Part shown: piece after piece, positions 23,700 to 34,255 of the stretch
Layout: each line of letters begins with the position of its first letter
Position numbering within the stretch: position 1 is the stretch's first letter
DNA from: Convolutriloba macropyga
Lineage: Eukaryota
Length of the DNA: 64,000 nucleotides
Assembly: GCF_964194025.1 (NCBI RefSeq)
Contig: NC_134474.1
Span: forward strand, 36,952,001-37,016,000
Reading direction: 5' to 3'
The notes under the pieces: model-generated
Seen by the model: only the letters and a program-made list of their open reading frames with translations
Told to the model about the DNA's origin: nothing
Database searches by the model: none
Made by a program: the position numbers and the translations under genes

Positions 23700-24085
23700 T
23701 TGTTTTTCGACAATTAAGAAAAATACCGAATTTAATTTTGATATTTAAGAAAATTGTCGAATTTATTTTCGACATTTAACAAAAAATGTCGAGAAAAAAT
23801 TCGATTTTTAAGAAAAAATTACTGTTACAAATCCGATTTTTAAGCTGCAAGAACAGATTCAAAACTTGTCATTTTAAAAATTATTATAATTTATGTTTTT
23901 TGCTTAAAATCATACCGTAAAACTAAGAAAAATGAGAAAAAATTGCACATTTTGCACGCACAGTTTGGTAACATTTTTGATTTTTAATGAAAAATCTGAG
24001 GTTCTATTTTTGACTTTTAACAAAAAATGTTGTGTGAAAATTCGACATTTAACAAACAAATCGACTTCAAATTTCGACTTTTAGA
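23700..24085. repeat. AT-rich intergenic degenerate repeats centred on TCGA (ttcgacatttaacaaa)
   Basis: Multiple tttcgaca/tgtcga/ttcgattt units between convergent ORFs. Confidence 0.7.
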
Positions 24086-24125
24086 ATATACACTAATAAT
24101 AAAACATTTTAGTACAAACACTTTA

Positions 24126-24530
24126 TTACTTTCTAACTTCAAAGTACAACATGGGGTTATCAATTATTCCATGACCATCTAGTAAACAATCAACAATTTT
24201 TATTAATTCACTCTCATACTTTGAGTTCTTAAGAGACTGAATTCGGTCGAAGAAGGATGATCTCAATGTTTGTGTGCTTGCATTTCTTTGCTCAGCTCTC
24301 AGTAGATGTCTCTTGAACTTTTTTCTACTCAATCTCTTCTTAGACACGCTGGGTAGTTTTTCAACAAATTTGTTTTCCGAATTATGTTGTACCGCTCTCT
24401 TCAATTGGGTGAAAACAAGTCCTGCTTCTTCGTTTGTGTGACCGAAAAACTGATGTTTATATAAGGTGTATAAGCAGTCCACTGTCTGATATTGAAAAGA
24501 TAAATCATCCAATTTTTTGGAGTAATTCAT
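24126..24530 (-). CDS. Polinton ORF, 134 aa, basic NLS-like tract
   Basis: ATG ORF with KKRLSRKKFKR; AATAAA on the minus strand at the stop. Confidence 0.65.
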   Translation of the reverse strand: MNYSKKLDDLSFQYQTVDCLYTLYKHQFFGHTNEEAGLVFTQLKRAVQHNSENKFVEKLPSVSKKRLSRKKFKRHLLRAEQRNASTQTLRSSFFDRIQSLKNSKYESELIKIVDCLLDGHGIIDNPMLYFEVRK

Positions 24531-24846
24531 TAATGGAAGATGAAATGAGAATTATGTGATAAGAACAATTTTTCAGAGGACAAAAAGTGTAATTGTGAGA
24601 CGCAACAGAGTATTCACTAGTAAGCAAGTAAGGTTTATAATCCTTAACTGATACGCAAATGAACAAGGCTTTCTCACAAAATTTTTTATAAAAGTCAGGT
24701 AAAACTTGACACATAACTGCTGCCATTCTGTAACCAAAGTGATTTTGGAGTGATTCTTTTAAACTACCGTATAAGGAAATAACGCAATTCAGTTCAAACA
24801 CAGCGAAAATTTCGTTTGAAAAATGACACAGTTCAAGAGACAGCAA
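24505..24846 (-). CDS. Polinton ORF or exon, Cys-containing, unknown function
   Basis: 113-codon open frame overlapping the previous ORF. It starts at TTG directly after a tttttctag acceptor-like site, so the true start is uncertain. Confidence 0.45.
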   Translation of the reverse strand: MLSLELCHFSNEIFAVFELNCVISLYGSLKESLQNHFGYRMAAVMCQVLPDFYKKFCEKALFICVSVKDYKPYLLTSEYSVASHNYTFCPLKNCSYHIILISSSINELLQKIG

Positions 24847-24891
24847 CTAGAAAAATCCGTTGTTTTACTTGTTCTAATTATTTCAAACACT

Positions 24892-25080
24892 ATTACTCGC
24901 TAATGCAACACAGACGTGCTAAACATCAAGATAAATATGCTGCTCTAGTTCAAATGTTTGCTCAACTTAAAATTTCTGACTAAGTTTCCTTATAAGGAAT
25001 TTTTGCAAAATGACGCAATTGAACTAGAGCAGCATATTTATCTTGATGTTTAGCACGTCTGTGTTGCATTAGCGAGTAAT
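24892..25080. repeat. Perfect 62-bp inverted repeat (24892-24953 / 25019-25080) ending at the gap
   Basis: Exact reverse complement with a 65-bp spacer. Confidence 0.97.
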
Positions 25081-25280
25081 NNNNNNNNNNNNNNNNNNNN
25101 NNNNNNNNNNNNNNNNNNNNNNNNNNNNNNNNNNNNNNNNNNNNNNNNNNNNNNNNNNNNNNNNNNNNNNNNNNNNNNNNNNNNNNNNNNNNNNNNNNNN
25201 NNNNNNNNNNNNNNNNNNNNNNNNNNNNNNNNNNNNNNNNNNNNNNNNNNNNNNNNNNNNNNNNNNNNNNNNNNNNNNNN
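25081..25280. other. Assembly gap (200 N)
   Basis: Run of N. Confidence 1.
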
Positions 25281-26905
25281 TTTTCTCAGTTCAGACAAGT
25301 GGTCCCTGATCTGAAGTTGTCAATAATTGTTTCGACCCCACTTGTTGGGGGAGGACCTATATACTCAAATGGCTTTTTGTTCAGACAATTTTGGCCGATA
25401 GATATATTCATCGTAGAGAATTGTGAGAGGTATCATTAAAAAGCTCGTCCAGCGTCGAATTCGAAACTAAAAAGATTTTTTTGAATTTTGATTTTTTGAA
25501 GAGTTATCGAGGATTGAAGTTTTGTGTGGACACGTAATATTTGACATGATTTTGTTCACTTTTAGTGTAATTTTTCTTCAAATTAAGGTAATTTTATAAA
25601 AATCTTCATTCAAAATTACTTTTCACGCCACAAAAAGAATCAGTTTTGAGTTCCAAATAGATGATAAAAAAACTAGTTCTGGTCTCATAGGGATGTTTAC
25701 TATCAAAAAAATTCGAATTCTTTTTGAGAGCTCTTTTTTAGAAAACATTTCATATTTTTTGTTTTCTTAAGTCACCTAGAGACGAGTCACTTTTCATACC
25801 GAGGCTACATTAAAGACAGACCTAATTTACAGTTTATTGAAGCCCAATGAAGCCCGAAAATTTTTTTTCATGGAATCGCTCGTATTGTTTATTTGCGTCG
25901 ACTCTTGAGTTTTCGAAAATTTAAGGTCTTTTAATTTAACATCTTTTTGAGGTTTCACTAAATTTTTAGAGTCTTTTGGCATAGAATGGTTGACTAAAAG
26001 TGCAATAATTTTCGTAGGCAGCATTGTGTGAACCTATCTAGAGCTTTGAGTGGACAGGTAATGGCTGTTAAGACATTAAAAATGGTTTTTCGAGAAATTT
26101 TTTCAGCATTAATCGTTCATAAACTTATTTTCGTGAATTGTCAGTCAGTCTCAGTAATGACATGACCACCCTCTTTTCTATTGCAACCCATATTATTCCA
26201 GTTAGCGTTTTTATCTTCTTAATATTTGCTATATGACTTCAATGCCACAAGATTTCAAATTTTAAAAAAAATTTTTTGCATTTTTGTGCATTATTGGTCC
26301 CTCTTGGAACATTATCACGATATCCTGATATTGATATCTCTCATTGGCTTAGAGAAAATAATCAATGGAATTTGGTCAAAATTTTCAGAGAAAAATTTAT
26401 GGTTTGAATGGCTTCGACACTTTCTTCGGGCACTTTTCCACTGAATTTTTGGTTTTTGCCTGCTTTTGTTGTTGTTCCCATAGTCAAAAGACATATTGTG
26501 ATTTATTATTGATCACCTATGCATGAAAAATATCTTTATCTTGCTATTGAGGGATGACTGATCGTATTTATTGCCTTCCGTTGAAAGCTATTGAATTTAA
26601 TGGCTTTTAAGACTTTAAAAATCCATTTTCGGGAAAAATTTTTAACATTAAACGATCTTAACTCTTATTTCATGATCTGTAAGTCAGTCTCAGTAATGAC
26701 CAGACCCTTCATCTCTACTTCAACCAATATTAATCTAGTTAGAGGTTTTATGTGCTAACCATTGGTGTTAAGACTTCGATGCACAAGTTCTCCTATTTTT
26801 TTTAATTTGTTTACATTTTTTTTTTGTAATCCTGTTTCCTTTTGGAACCTTAACACATTATACTACAATTCTTAATTGCATTGATGGTTTAAACGGCTTC
26901 GACAC

Positions 26906-29146
26906 TGTAAGATTTCTGAATTTTGATTAGGCTGCCTATCACGGGAAAATGATAGCGCCCAGATCTCACAATTCGAAAGGTTTTAGTTTGCTGGTTCGTC
27001 TTCTTCTTAACAACAATAGATTTCCCGTACTATGCTCTTGGCTGTTCAAAAGTGTCGATGGTGAAACGCTTAAATTAAATAACTGTAAAAATATATACAA
27101 TAACTCAATAGGCATCAGGTAACATGCGCTACGACAATCAAAATAACTACTACTATAACTAATTCTAACACAAGCCACCACAAGCTTCGAACAATAACTA
27201 ACTAAGTTATTTCTCAATCCAACTGTACAGTAACAACGATTGCCGCTTATACTCAAACACAATCAAAAGAGCTGGAATTATCCCTCAGCTAATAACAGAC
27301 TGATGAACCACAGTCTAACAACAACAATAAGTCCGAGCTTCTCGCTCAATCAGGCAAACTCTGCCAAATAACTATAACTAATCCGAGCCGCTTGCTCAAT
27401 CAAATAACGCAAGTTCAAGAGCCTATCGCTCACTTGCAACAACAATCGGTGCTCAATAATGTAACCGAACTGCAAAGACTACTCAGAGCTTCTCGCTCAA
27501 TCAAATCAGGCAAACTTAGCCAAATAACTCTAATTCTATAACAGCGACTATTCAGAGCATCGCGCTCAATCGCTCCGGCAAAGTTAACGCAACAACGCTC
27601 AATAACGATTCACAGAGCTTCTCGCTCAATAGCAACGGCAAACTATGCCAAACAATTGATTATTAACTCGTTCGCGCATTGCAACTTCTGCGCTGCGCTT
27701 ATAGTGTGAGCCTTTTATATACTGAGCCAAGCAAACAGTTTGTTTACTCAAACCAAACAACCGTCATTATTGCATAAGGTTTTCAGCCTTCTGTACTACT
27801 TTTGGCTACTTCGTTTACTTTCCGTAATACCACTTCCGTAATAAGGTGACGTAATAAATACCAACTCTTACTTATTAGATGTCAGTAAAGATGGCCGCCA
27901 AATACTACGTATGTGCGAATTCCGGATTTTTCGGTTCTTACGTGCAATTTGTTTACAAAGGGGAATTCGTAGGGTACCGTCCGCGTGTCAGCTGACCCGC
28001 CGCAGGCTTACGGCTTGGTTGCGTCGTACGTCCGTGATAAGAGAAATAATTCAAAATGGCCGACAAATCGGTTCACGCTTAGTTCTCGGCCGATCCTACG
28101 TTTCCGGGTCTTTCGTTTACATAAGGCGGTTTGGGGGGTACGGTTCGCATTCGGCTTAATCAGGCATGGGCTGAAGGCGTTATTACACCCTGTAATAGGT
28201 GGCGTTCATGAAACTCAAAAAACAGCGTTTTCGGATTTTACCCCAAAATTATCTCTTTTTCCCCTTATAAGTGTTAATGGCTCCCCACCTAGTTAAGCTG
28301 TCACTACCAATTCTTGTACACAAAGAGCTTAGGGGCACCCTAGGTTGTTGGCAATCCCGGTTGGGTTCGGCCATATCGGCTTCGCAAAATCGGGGGGGTG
28401 GACAAATTTTCAGTCCCAACTTGCAAAAATTTTCAGATTTGATCAAAATCGAGAATTCTTAAAAATCCGAATTTCTTTCAGTTATAATGGATGTCAGTGA
28501 CTACTAACGGTTTGTTCGTTGCAACAAGCTACTCGCGGATTACAGCAAGCTAGTATTCAGTATAGAACGCAATTTCACATATATCCCCGTAAAATGCATT
28601 GAGGACAGTAATTCGCTGTAATTGGTTTATGAACTTCAGCTACGTAGCAGTGAATTTTTATATGCTCTTATTGGACCTCATGAGAGCTAGGATACCTAAA
28701 TGTAAATCACGAGATTGAAAGAGATGGCTTAACCTCTTTACAGAGACTTTCATGATAACAGTTCAATGATGACATTTATTATGATTCCACACTTTATGAT
28801 AACAGTACATATGATAGCAGCAAGCGCCAAGGTTCTGCCAACTCTCAATCAGTGCACCACAGATCCCAAATCTTTAATAGAATACCCGCAATTTCTGAGA
28901 GTTCAAGGTAACCGCTCTAACAAAATTACTTCACTTTCCGTTTCTCGTTAAAGTCATTACTGAACCTAATCTACTTGGCAGCTTGTTCCCCGTCTAGAGC
29001 TGAATCTTTTCTTAAAGGTTGTCCGGTGTTCGCAGCTGTTATACTGTCTCTAGTTGCATTACATAATTGTCCGTTCAACTTAAAAAAATGTTTCACACCT
29101 AAAATTCTGATAGTTGTTGTTTTAGGCCATTGGTTACAATTTTACA
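26906..29146 (-). mobile_element. 2241-bp solo-LTR-like insertion, TGTAA...TTACA ends, 5-bp TSD GACAC
   Basis: GACAC at 26901-26905 and 29147-29151. The paralogous empty site ggcttcgacactttcttc lies at about 26410, with homology on both flanks. No credible ORF. Confidence 0.82.
27711..28065 (-). promoter_or_regulatory. LTR U3-like promoter: TATA box with upstream ETS-, CRE- and YY1-like motifs
   Basis: TATATAAAAGG on the minus strand at 27711-27721; cacttccg at about 27831, tgacgtaa at about 27847, aagatggccgcc at about 27888, aaaatggccg at about 28053. Confidence 0.55.
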
Positions 29147-30550
29147 GACACTTTCTTCTCGCTCTTCTCTACTTTTTTTTTGGAATTTGCCTGTATTTGT
29201 TGGTGTTTTCGTAGTAAATGACTTTTTGTAATGTCTTATTGATGGGTTATCGATGAAAAACATCCTCGCCGTCTTATCGAGGCACAAAAAATTTCGTTGT
29301 TTTAATGTATTTATTCTGTTTGTTGATATATTGGACTCAAGTTAAAAAAAAGAATCCCATTGCTGTTAAAAATTAATCAAAAGTATCAAAATTTTTACTG
29401 AAAAGTTTGTTTTTTTTTATTGTTTAGGCAGCCGTAAATTGCTGACAATTCTCAGAGGCTTGTAATTGAGGATTGATTGAATAATGTTACCGAAAGTGTA
29501 TAGCGAATAGTCTAAAGTATATAAAATTATACAATTTTAGGTTCTAAGGATTTTTCATTTTTAAAAAAATTTTTGTTGTCGTTTTTGTCAGCTTGCAACA
29601 TATTCTCATCATTCATAGGTCACATACCTTTTGCTGTATTTTAAAAATTAACATGTTTACTGATGTTTTGTTTAATGGACAATATGCGTTATCATAAAAA
29701 GTTATGTGAGTGGTGTTTTTGTGTTTCTTCTTCTCCACTTTTAGCACAATCGGGTAACCCTAATGATTTTCAAATGTGGTTCATTTGAACCTATTTATTC
29801 TTTAAGTATAATTTAAGCTGAAATAGCATCATTAGAAATTGAAACAAAAAAAAACATTATACTCAGATAATAGCTAATGATTTCAATGGCTTCACTAATT
29901 TGTGTTTTTGCAATGATTGTACTTTGTTGTTTGTAAGTTTTTGAGTTTCTCTGCATCTATAGTCCGTTCCTATGGCTTAGTCTACAGCCAAGGACAGCTC
30001 CTATTGGATTCATTAACTAGGACTTATTTTGGTTTAAAAAATTATGGTTGATTTTTGAATTTCTCCTCATTATTTCTTAATTTTGTCGACTTGTTACCTA
30101 GTCTCATTAGAAAAAGTCCCATTTGGTGTGTAATTAGGAGACAATAAAATTATGTAGTTAGTGTTTTCTCTGATTGTAATTTGACGTTGCTACTAGTTGC
30201 TTTAAAATTTAGATATTGATTTTTTGCCGTGAAATTTTCGTTTTTGCTTTTTGTTGTTGTTTTGTTCTCTCAGTCTTTTCAACGCAGATCTTTTCGTAAT
30301 GAGGCTTGGCATTAATTAATTCAATTATTAGTTTGGCTGTGAAACGTTTTTTTAAAAAATCAAACATCTATTTTTGATCATATTTTTGTCAAAATTGTAA
30401 GTCAAAAGACAGTTAAGTCAGAAATGTAGAAGAGCGCGGGTCAGCCATATCAAGCACAGTAAATTCTCAAAATCTGTTTGTCCAAAAGGCAGCAGTAACA
30501 GTTAGCTCAGCACAAATACTTTCTGCTAGCAGTAGGATTTGAATCAAACT

Positions 30551-33500
30551 ATAGTAAAGTAAAGTTTATTTAACCGATTGTTGAAATAACAGCATTTTAT
30601 GATAAGCCCAATACAAATATGTCAGCCAAACAATATGTAACAAAAATGAATGAGCTATTTGGCTCTTCAAAGTTGATGGCCATAGAGATATAAAGTTCTT
30701 GGCTAATTTATAAATGAAATCATAGATCATAGAAAATAATTCAAACAAAGTATTTTCGTCTGGTATAAAAGTTTTAGCAAGCATTTTGAAAAAAAGCGAC
30801 GCTCAAATTAGAGCACAAATTTATATTGGGTGGTAGCAAGTCTGCGCTTTTTAAACAGTTGTATGCTTTTCGGAGCGTGTTTTCTAGTGACTTTTCCTTA
30901 GTGCGCGTCCTACTGTATTGAGAGCGTAATCTGTTCTTTGCGACGAGTATTATAGACAGGATCCAGACCAGAGCTTTCAGTGGGGATTTTTAGGGGCAAT
31001 TTGGATCTTAATAGTAGTAGAAGTTCTTTGAAAACTTCACAGAAACACAAATCGAAAAATGTTAACAAGTTGTCCTGCTCATAGATGTTACGAAGGGGAT
31101 CTATTTTTCGTTTGAAAAAGATAGCTCGAATTATCCTTCTATGGCAGTTTTCAAGATGCTGTAAGGCTATTTTTCAAGCACTTCCATATATCAGAAGACC
31201 ATAAGTTACAATTGATTTCGCATAGGAATGATAAAACGTCAAAATGTGTTTAATGTTGAAAAGGTTTAAAATTTTAAACTCGGTATAAAATGCCACAAAA
31301 TTTGTTCAATTTCTTCGTTATATACAATTTGTCTTCTTTGTACGTCAGCTTCGGGTCCAGATAAACTCCAAGGTACTTGCATTTGTGACCTGTAGCTATT
31401 TCTTAATCCTTAAATTTGAATATGCCGCTGACTTGCGATTTTTACCGGAATGAATTAATGTGCACTTTGAGTAGTTCACTGATAGTTTGTTCCATTTGAA
31501 CCAGTCAATCAAAGGGATCAGTTCTTGATTAAAAACATCGAATTCCTTGCCGGAACCCACTAGTGTTGTATCATCAGCAAAGAGACTAACTCTGCTTTGC
31601 TTAATTTGATTTGATAGGTCGTTGATATAAACGACAAACAAAAACGGGCCCAGGATTGAGCCCTCAGGAACACAAGTTTCAATTACTATTGTTCCAGTAC
31701 ATTTCCTTCGATGACAGAAATACTGAGCTCTATCGGACATGTAATTTATCAATATTTTTAGATTTGGCTCACGGAATCCGTATCTCTCTAGTTTTTCCAA
31801 GAAAATTTTATGATCCAGCGTATCAAAAGCTTTTGAAAGATCCAGAAAAATTGCATGCCCTTGCTGTCCACGCTCAATACCTTCTCTGATGTAATCAGTT
31901 ATTTTTGCTATAGCATGTGCACAGGCGCGGTGAGAACAGAATCTGAAATGTCGTTGGTTGAACAGGTTTTTAGTCACAAAAAATTAAACATCTTAATATA
32001 GAGAACATTTTCAAAAACTTTTGAGAAACAATTCAAAAGACTGATTGGTCTGTAATTTCGACAATTTAAGTAGTTTCCTTTTTTGTATACTTTAAGTAGT
32101 TTCCTTTTTTGTATAATGGTGAGATTTTTTTTCAATTTTGAGGCATTATGGAGAAAAATTTTCTCAAAGAATTTGTTAATAGCTAAAGCAAAATACGGTT
32201 CAAGGAATGGCGAGCAACATATGAAACTTTCATTACAAATGCCATCGTTACCAAAACTTTTTTTGTGTTTCATGTGGGATAAAATATTTGCTATCTCATC
32301 ACAATTTGTTGGGAAAAGAGGCATCGACCCAACAATTTTTTCCACTGAAAACGTTTCAGACGCTTGCTGTATCCTATCCGATACCGTTCTACCAATTTTC
32401 GCAAAACAATCATTCACTTTGTCTTTTTTTGGAGTTTTGTGATTGACCATATCATAATTAGTTATAGAGCGGAAAATTTGAAAAAGTTCCCGACGACATG
32501 GATTGGTTCCTATTTTTTCATATTCTCTATTTTTATCTGCGTGCGGATTTTTTGTGTTACATCATTCCTTGAACGCTGATATCAAAGTTTGTTTTTATCG
32601 GTCGGAGAATTCAGCCATAAATGAAGAAATTTGTTCCTTTTATTGATCGCGTTCTTCATATTGTTTGTTATCCAAATGCCTTTTCTTTAACAATTGACTT
32701 CACGCAAAGGTGCAAACTTTTGAATTGTATCCATTATTGATTTCAATATTTCAATGTAAATATCTAAATATCTTCGGCAGTGACGTTATCAAGATCAGTT
32801 TTTCGCAGACTTTGGTCCCGCACGAACAAAAATTTAAGACTGTTTTCACCCTTTAGCTTTGAAATGTCTCGCTGCCAATTTGGTTCTTCCTTGATAACTA
32901 GCTTTTTGGTATTGCTGGTGAACACCCCCTGAATTGCAAAATGATCACTCTTAGTTGTTGTGATAGTTTCAGTTGCTATATATTTTCCCATGGTTGATGG
33001 CGTGACTCTAGTCGGTTCGCAATTTTGCACTTGGAAATCAAATGTTTGAAATGATTTGAGATATTGTTCAGTTTCATAACATTGCTTAGGTATATCAATA
33101 TTCACATCAACAAGTATAATGGTCTCGCCGTTTAAATTGTTTAAAAACAGCAACAAGTTCTCAAAGGCATCCAGAAATTTTGTCAACCGGGAATTTGGTG
33201 GTCTGCAAATCAGGCAAAAACGTTTCTTGTTTCCGTCAATGCCAATTTCGATTATCAAATTTTCAATTCGATGGTATTCGATTGTTTAATTGTTATGTGT
33301 AGGAGATCGTTTCTTACATAGAAGCCAATTCCACCAGCTCTTCGCGAGTCATTGAGGGATTTAGAAATGATTGGGTGATATCCTTCGAAGTGATATATTA
33401 CTACCGGATCTTCCTCTGCCAGCCAGGTTTCCGTAAGGCCTATCAGATCCAGCTTTGTACCAAAATCGTCTACAAAGGTTACCAATTCGTCAAAACGACA

Positions 33501-34255
33501 CCTTAAAGTCCTAATATTAAGTCCAATGATATTGCAATTCACTGTTTCTTTATTAGCCTCGGCTTGGTACTCAGAAAAAGAACATTGTTTTGTTTACAAG
33601 TTTTCCCGTTACCTTTTGCAGTTAAACTTTTTTGTCTTAGATTTTTTTTCGCTGGCTTAACGTCGCTTATTAAGAAAAAACCACCAATGGAAGTTTGACC
33701 GCAAAAAAGCTATGCCTTGTTTGGCACTCGCTGTGACTTCAAATCAGCACTGATTTCACTTGAAGATTCTCTCGATCTTTTTGCATTGAAGCTCTGGATG
33801 TCAATTTGCCTTGGCGTTTTCTCAAGACAAAAAAACCCGGCTGCTGTCTTGGTATGAGGAGGATGCTTTTTCTTAGTCACCGCTACCTCTTTTATGTCAT
33901 CAACGGCTGTAATACTTTTTTTCAACAACACTGCGAAAAACACCTTCTGTGTTCTTCTTGAAGACCTTCACATTGCAATTGAATGTAGTGGTAATAAAGC
34001 CAAGAGATTCTGCGTGCTCTTTTAAGTCTTTTTCAATTCTGGGGACACGCTCCTTGATTAAGACTCCACGACCATTCGAAGGATTATTAGTTTGATCTAA
34101 CCATGGCTTGCGGCCAAATATCTCCATTGTTTCGTTAAAATATAAAAAATTTGACAATGATTGCAGTTGGATATGCTGGATTTGGTGACTTACCAAGGAT
34201 GTGACACGCCTTGAAACTATATACTTTTTGTCTCATGGCTCAACAGAAATGGAAT
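30551..34255 (-). mobile_element. Decayed CR1/L2-type LINE (ORF1 relic, APE endonuclease, RT)
   Basis: APE: LNIRTL, GLTETWL, RAGGIGFYV, SDH. RT: NYRPISLL, FLDLSKAFD, VPEGSILGP, YINDL, FADDT. 3' end AATAAA+(CTTTA)n. Frameshifted; interrupts the duplicated segment. Confidence 0.92.

Larger units (their letters stand above)
15760..25080. mobile_element. Polinton/Maverick (adintovirus-like) element, left portion, cut by an assembly gap
   Basis: AGTAGT terminus at an abrupt junction, subterminal tandem repeats, intact pPolB and compact virus-like ORFs. Integrase, packaging ATPase, adenain protease and capsid genes are not visible in the window. Confidence 0.88.

Noticed and set aside
27298-27320. 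Hammerhead ribozyme core CTGATGA
   Set aside because: No downstream GAAA with a stem II; only a simple hairpin.
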